DNA of 64,000 nt. It comes from Octopus vulgaris (lineage: Eukaryota). This document shows, piece by piece, positions 40,301 to 51,164 of the stretch. Position 1 is the stretch's first letter. Every line of letters starts with the position of its first letter. Under the pieces are notes generated by a model that searched no databases, was not told the origin of the DNA, and was given only the letters and a program-made list of their open reading frames with translations. The DNA lies in the NCBI GenBank assembly GCA_951406725.2, contig OX597838.1, positions 19,220,001 through 19,284,000 of the forward strand, read 5' to 3'. The position numbers and the translations under genes are program-made.

Positions 40301-43222
40301 GCAAACTCTGGCCCTGCACACACACGTAGCACTAGCTACACTGTATCCGTCCTGTCACGCCTGACTGCTTGTGTTGCAGCTGGCATGCCACGTGTGCGTT
40401 CGCCATCAGAAGTGCACCGGTCATGTTTGGCCAAATCCCACAGTGCTCAGTCTCTGAAGAACTTTGACGAAGCCAGCACTGAAGATAAACTAACGATTGT
40501 TACTCAGATGTTCTGGATGGCCGTCTCTATGTTGGAATCAGACTACGACTACGAATTTCACCTTGCTATCAAACTTCTGGACAAGATTCTGAAACACTTG
40601 CAGCCTGAAAGACCTGAATGCCGGGAGAAACTTGATAAGATCTTGCAACAGATAAAATGGAATAATTTCCCTGGTGTGCAGATTCTTCTGTTAAAAGGTT
40701 GCACTTCACATGCATTAGCAGAGCCAACATGGCTCCTTTTATCTCAATTGACCCTTTGCATCAATGCTCCAGTGATGGACCCCAGTGGAGCCCTTGGTTT
40801 CCCCATTAACGTCATCGCCTTACTGCCTTATTTAATACACCACTACGAGAACCCAAGCTCAGAATGTCGTGAGGCTGCTGATCGAATTAGTCAGATGTGT
40901 GGTCAGCAGTCTGAGAAACTTCACAATCTTGCAACTGTAATGTCTCTTTATAGCCGAGGGACTTTCAACAAGGACAGTTCGCAGTGGACCAAATGTGTAG
41001 TGAAATACTTGCTCGACGTGTATGCGTGCACCAGTCTGAGCATGATTACATTCCTTGTTGAAGTTTTGGAACGAGGACCAATTAATTATCAACCAGACAT
41101 TCTCCAGATTCTTCACTGCATTGTCCATTACGTTGATTTCAACACAACATGTAAAAAGGTTTTGAACCAGCAACTGTTCTGCCCTGTGTCACGCCACACC
41201 AAAGGGATCCACTGGAAGGAAGCCTTAAAGATCCTCAAGCTCGCAGTCACTCGATCATCTACCCTTGCTGCTGCGTTCCCAAGTGGCGGTGATGCAGGAG
41301 GTCCACCTGGAAACCGTTCGTCCTTTGTGGCAGATACCGGAATCTTCCGTAAGAAGGAGTTACCAGGACTGACGCTAGACTTCACAGTAGACTTGTCCAA
41401 TCGAGCGTTGATTGGTCACAAGTATCTGGGTATTGATCTGTACCCGAAAGAAGACAACAAGAATGTCAGCCTTCTGTCCGTTAGTCGGAAACATTCTGGT
41501 AACCAAGATTACGAGTCATCCTGGAAGAAGCCAATGATGTCACAGACGCGTACACGGGAACGATTGATCAGCCTGCTGAACTATTTCGGACAGCGCATTG
41601 GGCTGCCCAAGAGCCCTTCGGTGATATTCAGCCAGTCCAGTGACCAACAACACAGTGTAACATCCAGTGGTGAAGAGACATCTATTCCAGAAACCCCATC
41701 AAACGATGCTCTGTTGAGCGATACTAACAGTAGTGACCTTATGATGACCTTCAAAAGGTTTGATTTTCTTGACAACGAACTGGAGAAAGATGAACAAAAC
41801 GACGACTATTTCTCATTGGGCGATCGGTGCCAGTCGTTTAATCTTCACAGCTCCGAGATTTCCTCAAAGACCACATTTGGAAGCTCCCCTGAATTGAAAC
41901 TACAGGACAGTATAGAAGACCTGAAGGGTATAATGTCAAGCGATATTAACTGTTTACTTGAAGTGTCAACGTCCGATGAAGAATCGCAAACCCCTGGAGC
42001 CGATGAGGATGGAATGCCTCGTGACCTTCCATCCAGTAATTCATCAGCCATGCTACAAAACGATACATTGATTGAACGGGATACATCTAGCCCTGTCCTA
42101 GTGGCCACCTCCTCCAACAGTTCTCCCAGTGAAATAGATCTTATGGTGCTCAGTTCCAGCACATCCCGTGCACTAAGTCTAGCAAGTCTTGGTGCCATCT
42201 ATTTCACTATACCTCCTGATGAAGCATGGCAAACTCATCTGCACCAAGTTCTCACAGATTCCTCAGTATCGTTGACCAGTGCCACTTGCCTCATCTTCCC
42301 TCGTCTTTATAACGAGCATAAGAAATGCATAGCTAACCTGACGCAGGAAGCGTGCTCATACATAGGCGAACACGACAACTTGCAAGAACTCACCACCAAA
42401 TTCATGCATATCCTTGACACGCTGTTTTCCCAGATGGAATGTCCGTATGTGTTTGTCCAACCAGAGTCTCTGTTGGAGAACAGTATTATTGACCGACATA
42501 AGTTCTGTGTCCTGGAAATTCAGGAGTGTTTAGAAATGCTAAGCATGCGACTCACTCAAGCCGAACAGTGTCTCGAGACAATGAAGTCCATGGCATTTCT
42601 CGAGCCTCTAAATGAAGGTGCAGCCTCGGCCGATGCGAGGAATTCCAGTATTGATGACCAGAAGGGGGAGATGTGTCGACAGCTCTACAAACTGCTTTTC
42701 CAGCTGGTGTTACTCTTCGAAAGTTTCATTAAGGTCGTCGATATCTTCCAGAACCTGACTTTGACCGGCCAAGCTTTAGACATGTCCAGCCAACTGGCAA
42801 CGATAAAGCAGGAGCTTGCTGCCAGCCTGTCGGAGCTTCAGACCGGTCACACGTCACCATTGTACTTTGATACGCAAATCACACCAAAGCAGGAGGCCAT
42901 TGCATATCTGCTGGAGTACCTGCAAGGAAAGCAACATCTTAGTACTCTGCAGCTCTTGCGGATGTTCCGATACCAGTGGCCATCAGACGTCTTTGGAACA
43001 ACCGAAGATGATGACATCATAGCTTTACTAAACATTTATTGCAGCTGCGTTGCCCAGACGACAGGCATATTTGTGCTTATACATCCAGAACCGGACTTTG
43101 GCCAAGTGTATAGCTTACTGATGGAAGTAAACAGTCTTTTGTCTTCCAGATGGCCTCATTTAGTATGTCACATTCACAGAAATGAAATTAGTATTAAACC
43201 ATCAGATTCTAGTACATTCTAG
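34352..43222 (+). CDS. FRY: Protein furry homolog (FRY/FRYL; MOR2/PAG1/Tao3 family NDR-kinase scaffold), 2956 aa, single coding exon
   Basis: Uninterrupted ORF with Furry motifs throughout: [102 protein letters not shown]. Confidence 0.97.
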   Translation: [2956 protein letters not shown]

Positions 43223-44224
43223 AAAACATTATTTTAAACATTTCTTCAAAAACACATACACAAACACACATCCCACAAAAAACAAAACAAAAAAACAAAA
43301 ACAAACTTGAATCCATTTTTACAGGTAAACCAAATGAAACAGTCATTAAAAAATTCATTTTTTTAATTTAAAAATATATTAACAAGACATTGTTTTTAAT
43401 TTTAAATTCAATAAAAGATTTAACATGTGAAAAGAATTTTAAATAATGTAAAATAATTAAAAATCTAAATACATAATAAATTAAAAAAAAAAGAAGTGAA
43501 ACTGTTGTGAATCTCAATGAGATGTGGTTTGGGATTGAAACCTGAACCTTTGAGACCAAACTGAACTGAATATCTTTGTACCTTTTTGACTCTGAACAAC
43601 TGCTGCTTAATGCATTTATTGAAGATATAAAAGTTTACCAAAATGATTTATCATCACCGTGTTTTCAACAGTTTTATGTGTTTATATTTTTTCATCATCA
43701 ACATCATCATCAATGTCATCATCATTATCGCCATCATTCATAGATTTACATCCATTTTCCATATTGGCATGGCTTGGGCAGTCATGTCTGCTCTCCTGAA
43801 TGGGTCAAGGGACTACCTCTCATTCATGGGTTTTATTTTTGGTTCGGTTTCTTCAGCTCGGTATATATGCTTCCTAGTGCCGTCCACTTTACACAGGAGT
43901 ACTGGGTGCATTTCATTTTGTGGTACTAACACCAGAAAAATTATTGTCTCTTCAATAAGCCTAAAGCTCCTTGCAACCCTACACTTATACAGAGTAGACT
44001 AGGCACATTTTTTTGTGGCATCAGCATGAGAAAGACTAGGAGTGAGAGAATGATGGCTAGCAAGAGGTAAGAGTGAGTGATGGCTGTCAATGTCAAATGG
44101 CAAGTTGAGTGTGTAAGTAGAGTTTGTGAGGCATGTTCATGTCTAATGAGATCCCTTAAGTATTTTTCTCAAGATGGTGAGAGAGTTAATGGGATATGGA
44201 CCAGGCTCAAGGTTTAGTGGCTAG

Positions 44225-44610
44225 CGATCTACACATACTGGGCGCCACTGCATAGTGCCAAGGACTCCAAGTTTGCCATCAAGATGTAGGACAAGATACT
44301 GTGATAGCCTGGGCTTCAGAGGCCCACAACTCTTCAATATCCTCCCGAAGAACCTGAGAGACCTGCATGGGGTGGATGCAGATGTCTTTAAAATAAAACT
44401 GGATCTCTTCCTGTCAGGTGTCCCAGATGAACCAACTTCACCGCAGGAGGTGCAGATGAGGGCAGCTGCATCGAACTCTCTCATGCACCAAATGGCAATT
44501 GCTAAAAAGCATTCGTGAAGTAAAATCATGTAGCAACACCAAATGATGGCGGTGCCCCAGCATTGCCATAGCTCGTGAGCTGAAACTAGATAAAATTTAA
44601 GAAAAAAAAA
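44225..44610 (+). mobile_element. LINE (CR1/L2-group) 3' end
   Basis: SLGFRGPQLFNILPKNLRDL..FKIKLDLFLSGVPDEP..RAAASNSL* followed by an A-rich tail. Confidence 0.75.
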
Positions 44611-44899
44611 TTTAACACAAACACATAAATACACACACATACACATGAATAAATTGACTGCTATCTTTAGTTACATCAGCAGCAAAATAGAGTGTGAATG
44701 ATCAAGAGGTGAGCAATGGGAGTATGGGCGATAAAACAAGGGTGATAGAGACTGGAGAAGATAATAGGGAGACAAGAGATAGGTGTGTTACAGAGACGAG
44801 AAGCTGCCAAGGACCCCAAAAACATAGATACACATGTATTCATCATCATCGTCGTTTAACGTCCGTTCTCCATGCTAGCATGGGTATTCATATATATGT

Positions 44900-45708
44900 A
44901 AATCTGAAGTTATAAACTGATATTCTCTCTTTTACTTATTTCAGTCATTTGGCTGGAGCACCACCTTTAGTCGAGCAAATTGACCCCAGGACTTATTCTT
45001 TGTAAGCCTAGTACTTATTATATCGGTCTCTTTTGCTGAAAAGCTAAGTTACGAGGACATAATCACACCAGCATCGGTTGTCAAGCAATGCTAGAGGGAC
45101 AAACACAGACACACAAACACATCCACATATATATATACATATATACGACAGGCTTCTTTTAGTTTCCGTCTACCAAATCCACTCACAAGGCATTGGTCGG
45201 CCCGAGGCTATAGTAGAAGACACTTGCCCAAGGTGCCACGCAGTGGGACTGAACCCGGAACCATGTGGTTGGTAAGCAAGCTACTTACCACACAGCCATT
45301 CCTGCAAATCTGAAGTTATAAACCGATATTCGCTCTTTTACTTGTTTCAGTCATTTGACTGCGGCCATACTGGAGCACCACCTTTACTCGAGCAAATCGA
45401 CCCCAGGACTTATTCTTTGTAAGCTTAGTACTTATTACATCGGTCTCTTTTGCCGAAAAGCTAAGTTACAAGGACATAAACACACCAGCAATGGTTGTCA
45501 AGCGACGCTGGGGAGACAAACACACACACACACACATATATATATGACAGGCTTCTTTCAGTTTCTGTCTACCGAATCCACTCACAAGGCTTTGGTCGGC
45601 CCGAGGCTATAGTAGAAGACACTTGCCCAAGGTACCATGCAGTGGGACTGAACCCGGAACCATGTGGTTGGTAAGCAAGCTACTTACCACACAGCCACTC
45701 CTTTGCCT
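44900..45708 (-). mobile_element. Tandemly duplicated SINE A pair
   Basis: Both units preceded by AAATCTGAAGTTATAAACYGATATTC and share private variants. Confidence 0.8.
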
Positions 45709-45833
45709 ATAAATATAATACATGCCTTTTATCTTCTACATGTTTCAGTCTGTACAGACTGTAGCCATACTGAGGCACTGCCTTCAGGAATTTTAGTTGA
45801 AGTAACCAACCTCAATACATATATTCTCTTTAA

Positions 45834-46246
45834 CCCTTTTGATAGCAGCCTGGCTGAAATTGCTTCAGGCTCTGTAGTACAAATGTCTTGTTTTCAAAAG
45901 TTCTGAAACTGGTTCTGGTTCTGAGTACAAATGACTTGTTTTCATAAGTTCTGAATTAAAATCACCCACCATAATTTATGTTCCTAACACTAGCTTAATA
46001 ATAACTAAGTTATTTTAGTAAATTCTTTGTTATATTTAACCCTTTTGATACCAACGCAGATGAAACCACCTCTGGCTCTGTGATACAAATGCCTCGTTTT
46101 CAAAAGTTCTGAACTAAAATCTTTCACCAAACCTTAGTCATAATTTATGTTCCAACCACTAGGTTATTTTATTAAATTCTTTGTTATATTTAAAATTAAT
46201 TGTAAGAAACACAGAGCATCTCAATTGAAATATGGTAGCAAAAGGG
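45834..46246. mobile_element. Two piggyBac-type MITE units
   Basis: TTAA|CCCTTTTGATA at 45834 and 46040; AAAGGG|TTAA at 46246. Confidence 0.7.
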
Positions 46247-47353
46247 TTAAGTCTGGTACTTAATCTGTTGGTCACTTTTGCTGAACTGCTACGTTATGGG
46301 GATGTAAACACACTAACACCGATTGCCAAGCAGCAGTGGGGACAAACACAATGACATAAGCACACACACACAACCATCCATATAACCACACATGTATGAT
46401 GAGCTCTTTCAGATTCCGTCTACCAAACCCACTCACAAGGCTTTAGTCAGCCTGAGGCTATAATAGAAGACACTTGCCTAAGGTGTCATGAAGTGGGAAT
46501 GAACTCCGAACCACGTGGTTGGGAAGCAAGCTTCTTACCACACAGCCACACCTGCGCCTATATACATATGTAAACATATACATGACCTCTGTTTCACTGT
46601 GCCTGGAGAATATAACTGGAGGAAGAACTGGTTGGATAAAGTTCAAGGGGCTATTTTTATTTATTTACGCGCCCTTTTCAAGCCTGGCCAGGCTCATGGA
46701 CCTTGTTTCTGCGGCATATGTGTCCCCCCCAGCTGGACGGGACGCCAGTCCATCGCAGCATTACCCAAGAAACAGGAAGAATGAGTAAGAGAAAGTTGTG
46801 GTGAAAGAGTACAACAGGGGTCGCCACCACTCCCTGCTGGAACCTCATGGAGTTTTAGGTGTTTTCACTCAATAAACAAACACAATGCCCGGCCTGGGAA
46901 TCGAAGCCGCGAGTCCGCTGCCCTAACCACTGGGCCATTGCGTCCTCCACATATTACCAGTTTACAAAAGTGAAATAGCCATTTGTAGCGATCCCAAGTT
47001 GAGGGAAACCACTCACTATTTAGTACCCGATAAAAACTGATCTAGGATTAGAAGTGTTCCATTCGTGACCCTCCCATATTTCTAGTGGTCCTAAGATTAT
47101 ATCATCCGGTGTGTCCACTTTTTTTTTTTTAAGGTGGTAGGTGATTTGAGGAGAGATTTCAGATCTTATTCATTTCTAGGGAAAACGAATGCGATTTTCG
47201 TTTTCAACATGCAAAACTACATTTGTTGAAAACAATCTGGTGAAAATTCAGAAAAATTAAAACGGTTGGAAGAAATTTAACAAGATACGATTTGAGGGAA
47301 GAGTTCGTTGTTAATTCTAGTAAGTTGAAGGATTACGTAGAAGCTCCCTCATT

Positions 47354-47447
47354 GGCGAAGGTAAAGAATATACACATCACCCGTTTTCAGCGTTTAGGGT
47401 TAGGGTTAGCCCCAAAACGGGTGGTGTGCGTATTCTTTACCTCCGCC
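47354..47447. mobile_element. 94-bp hairpin MITE with internal TTAGGG repeats
   Basis: TIR GGCGAAGGTAAAGAATA..CACCCGTTTT / AAAACGGGTG..TATTCTTTACCTCCGCC. Confidence 0.7.
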
Positions 47448-47492
47448 CTTCGTTATCTAAGGAGGAATTTTAAATGTTTCATATACATGGAA

Positions 47493-47895
47493 TGGATCTT
47501 TTCGGTTTGAATGGGAGTTTTTTAAAATAATTTCCACGTAACTAAACACTTTTAATCTTCGTATACTGGTAGAATGTGTTTATAAAACATCTTTTTCTCT
47601 TGGCTTTATTGAGAAAATTCTATGGTTTATAAGATATTTGTTGTTGTTTTTTCTGCAATTTCAACCAATCAATGACGTCTATTGAGGTGAAAATATTCTG
47701 TGCCGTATGAATATGTCCCTCGTTTAAGAAACAGATTGGGTTTATTTACATTTGTGAAGAAAAAAAATATACCCTTCCCCCACCCCTAACCCTAAAATAT
47801 TGAAATGCAATAGATCGCTACTAGGGTCATAATTATGGGTGACAATTTCATAGGACACCGCTAGAAAAAACTGCCGTTCAAACCGAAAAGATCCC
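47493..47895. mobile_element. MITE (GGATCTTTTCGGTTTGAA TIR, CCCTAA repeats)
   Basis: Both TIRs present; same family as 17843. Confidence 0.78.
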
Positions 47896-47994
47896 ATGGA
47901 ATTATAGAATCTATGTAAATGAAATCATAGGATGTTTGTATAAACGAGAAGGTTTATTTCGAATTTGCTTTCAGAAATGGAAATTAAGAGAAAT

Positions 47995-48129
47995 TGAAAA
48001 CCGGAACGATCGATAAAAATACACCATTTTTAATTTTTAAACAGTGAAGAGTTCGTTGCCAACCGGAAGTGTGGCCAAGTGTTGTCAAACTTTCTTCGCG
48101 AAGTTTATTTTGATCAAATCTCAAGTAAA
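47995..48129 (+). promoter_or_regulatory. LENG1 proximal promoter/5'UTR with ETS-type motif
   Basis: ACCGGAAGTG at 48062-48071, second ACCGGAA at 48000, palindrome CTTCGCGAAG at 48094-48103, directly upstream of ATG 48130. Confidence 0.55.
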
Positions 48130-48152
48130 ATGAATATTTTACCCCATAAAAG
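48130..48152 (+). CDS. LENG1: Leukocyte receptor cluster member 1 homolog, coding exon 1
   Basis: ATG..MNILPHK-S(AG|gtaaat), compare LENG1/CIR N-terminal motif MNILPKKSWHV. Confidence 0.92.
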
Positions 48153-48342
48153 GTAAATAGCTTGTTTTTTTTTTACCTTAATTAATCTTTTGTGGCACAT
48201 TAAAGGTATACGTATAAAAGAGCGTTGACAAAGCTGAAAGTTTTTGGATAAAGCGAGAGCTTCAGTTTTAATATTAAAAGATTATTGTGTGTCTATGTTT
48301 GTTGTAATTATGTGAAAAGTTGAAGGAATTAATTGGTTTTTT

Positions 48343-48774
48343 GGCGATCTTTCGTCTATAGTAGACCTTTCCGTCGATTTCCGTAAAAAAAATTTTTTTT
48401 TTTTACATATGGGCTTGCGGGAACTTTTGAAGTAATATACATACATATACACATACACCGAGTAAAATATTTCAGTTATCTCTTTCTTTCACACATTACT
48501 CTGTCTCTTCACACACACTAACAGAAGCACTTCACTTACACAACATACTGTCTGTCTCCCACACCCCATCAAACACACACACACACACACGCACACACTC
48601 ATGTACATCAATGCTTGCCATGCACGGTAACTTCAAAAGAACTTCCCTCGTCATACAATCGCTTTCTCTTAGTCTCTTTCGCTCTCATTACTTCAAAAGT
48701 TCCCGCAAGGCCATATGTAAAAAAAATTTTTTACGTAAATCGACGGAAAGGTCTACTAGAGACGAAAGATTGCC
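48343..48774. mobile_element. MITE copy in LENG1 intron 1
   Basis: Near-identical to 22786-23208; flanking GTTTTTT duplication. Confidence 0.8.
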
Positions 48775-49573
48775 GTTTTTTTGTTGTTGTTGATTTTTTT
48801 AATAAATATATATATAGCAGTCCCTGTATGTCTTCCGCTAATAATTTCTACTTCTAGAATTACTATTTTAGAACAACCGTCTTCAACTGAGTAAAAAAAT
48901 ATTGAAGAGGGGTTGGAGCTAATGCAGACAAACCGTTGCAGAATATAGAAATAATGGTCATAATTTAGGAGGTGAATTCATGTCGATATGTGGCGATTTA
49001 TGCATATTCTTTAACCAACAAAAATTTCGGTATCTTAATTATGCTGACTGTCTCGTACTGCACTTTAAACAGTGTACTATTTCTCTTACCTGACGGCATA
49101 TACGATGGGACGAGGCAAAAAACTTGGTTAGCATCGAACCTTAATGCCATGGTTTGTTCTTGCGTAAGAAACATATTTAGCAAGTTCATGAACTGAAAGA
49201 TAAACAAGTTATTCTGTCGATCATTCGGTGCCTGGCTTAGTGGTTAGGGTATTTGACTCATTGTCGGTAAGTAGTGAGTTCGATTCCTGGCGGCGCGTTG
49301 TATCCTTGAGCAAGACACTTCACTTCACATTACTCCAGTTCACTCTGCTGGCAAAAATGAGTTAGTACCTGTTTTTCAAAAAGGGCCAGCCTTGTCACAT
49401 CCTCTGTCACGCTGAATCCCTCTTAGAACTACAACTATGTCTGTGGAGTACTCAGCAACTTGCACGTTAATTTCACGAGCAAGCCGTTCCGTCGATCGGA
49501 TCAACTGGAACCCTCGTCGTCGTAACCGAAACTGGAAAAATGAATTTCTTTAAATGCTGAAAGTTACTTACAT

Positions 49574-49961
49574 CTCTTTACTCTTTTACTTGTTTCAGTC
49601 ATTTGACTGCGGCCATGCTGGAGCACCGCCTTTAGTCGAGCAAATCGACCCAGGGACTTATTCTTTGTAAGCCCAGTACTTATTCTATCGGTCTCTTTTG
49701 CCGAACCGCTAAGTGATGGGGACGTAAACACACCAGCATCGGTTGTCAAGCAATGCTAGGGGACAGACACACACACATACACACATATATATATATATAC
49801 ATATATACGACAGGCTTCTTTCAGTTTCTGTCTACCAAATCCACTCACAAGGCATTGGTCGGCCCGGGGCTATAGCAGAAGACACTTGCCCAAGATGTCA
49901 CGCAGTGGGACTGAACCCGGAACCATGTGGTTGGTTAGCAAGCTACTTACCACACAGCCAC
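49574..49961 (-). mobile_element. SINE family A copy
   Basis: Near full length. Confidence 0.85.
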
Positions 49962-50124
49962 ATCTGTGTATTTGTTTTTAGTAAATATTTCATTGACTGA
50001 TATAGTTACAAATTTATTAGGTCCTTTTGTTTAATTAAGGATGAGAATATCATTTTAGAATAAGCATATGGTTTGTAGTGTTCCTTAAGGGGACAGCCTA
50101 TCAGCAGGCTGACCTGAAACCCAG

Positions 50125-50350
50125 CTGTATTAAAACCTGTAGTGCCTATAAAGTCTGACTGGTCCTTTATTAAAATCTTTGTTATCTATATTAAAACCGG
50201 TCTGTGGTACCTAAAATAAACCGAAACTGTGGTACCTATAATAAAATCAAACTGTGGTATTTATATTAAAACCTGGCTGCAGTAGAACTGAATTGTGGTA
50301 CCTATTATAATACACTTGCTACTTGTGTAAAATCTAACAGTGGTACCTGT
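50125..50350 (+). repeat. Degenerate ~25-bp minisatellite (TATTAAAACC..TGTGGTACC); resumes at 50680-50740 and 50985-51050
   Basis: Direct observation. Confidence 0.65.
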
Positions 50351-51064
50351 CATCATCATCATCATCATCATATAATGTCCACTTTCTATGCTGGCATGGG
50401 TTGGATGGCTTGAGAGGAACTGGCAAGGCCAGGGGTCACATTGGGTTCCATAGTCTGTTTTGGCATGGTTTCTACAGTTGGATGCTCTTCCTAGCGCCAA
50501 CCACTCCACAGAGTGTACTGGGTGGGTGCTTTTTACATGATACCATCACTAGTGTATTTACATGGCACCAGCACCAGTGCTTTTTATGTGGAACCTTGGT
50601 TTTAAGATCACAATTCTGTTGTGGTGGGCAGGTTTTCTGGAGTACAGACATGTATCAGATATCTTGGTCTTCCCTCCACATGGTACATTTATTAAAACCT
50701 AATTGTGGTACTTCTATTAGAACCCGAGTAGCAGTGGTACATTCTTATTTCTTTACTGTCCACAAGGGGCTACATACAGAGGGGAAAAAAACGGACAGAC
50801 AAAGGGATTAAGTCGATTATATCGACCCCAGTGCATAACTGGTATTTAATTTATTGACCCCAAAAAGATGAAAAGCAGAGTCGACCTCGGCGGAATTTCA
50901 ACTCAGAATGTAGCGGCAGACGAAATACTGCTAAGCATTTCGCCCAGCATGCTAACGGTTCTGCCAGCTTGCTACCTTATCAATGGTACATTCTTGTTAT
51001 ATTGAAACCTGTCTGTGGTGCCTTTTTGTATCCTAATGACTGGTCCCTATTTCTCTCTCTTCAG

Positions 51065-51164
51065 TTGGCATGTTCGAACCAAGAAGAACATTGAACGCGT
51101 GCGACGAGATGAAGAAAAAGCTGCCGAAGAAGAAAAAGAGAAGCAACGGAGGGTTGCTCTAGCT
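51065..51164 (+). CDS. LENG1: LENG1 exon 2
   Basis: tcag|[34 protein letters not shown]|gtaagt. Confidence 0.94.

Noticed and set aside
34486-43035. Antisense and alternative-frame ORFs overlapping FRY
   Set aside because: Shadow ORFs of a long coding exon; no independent support
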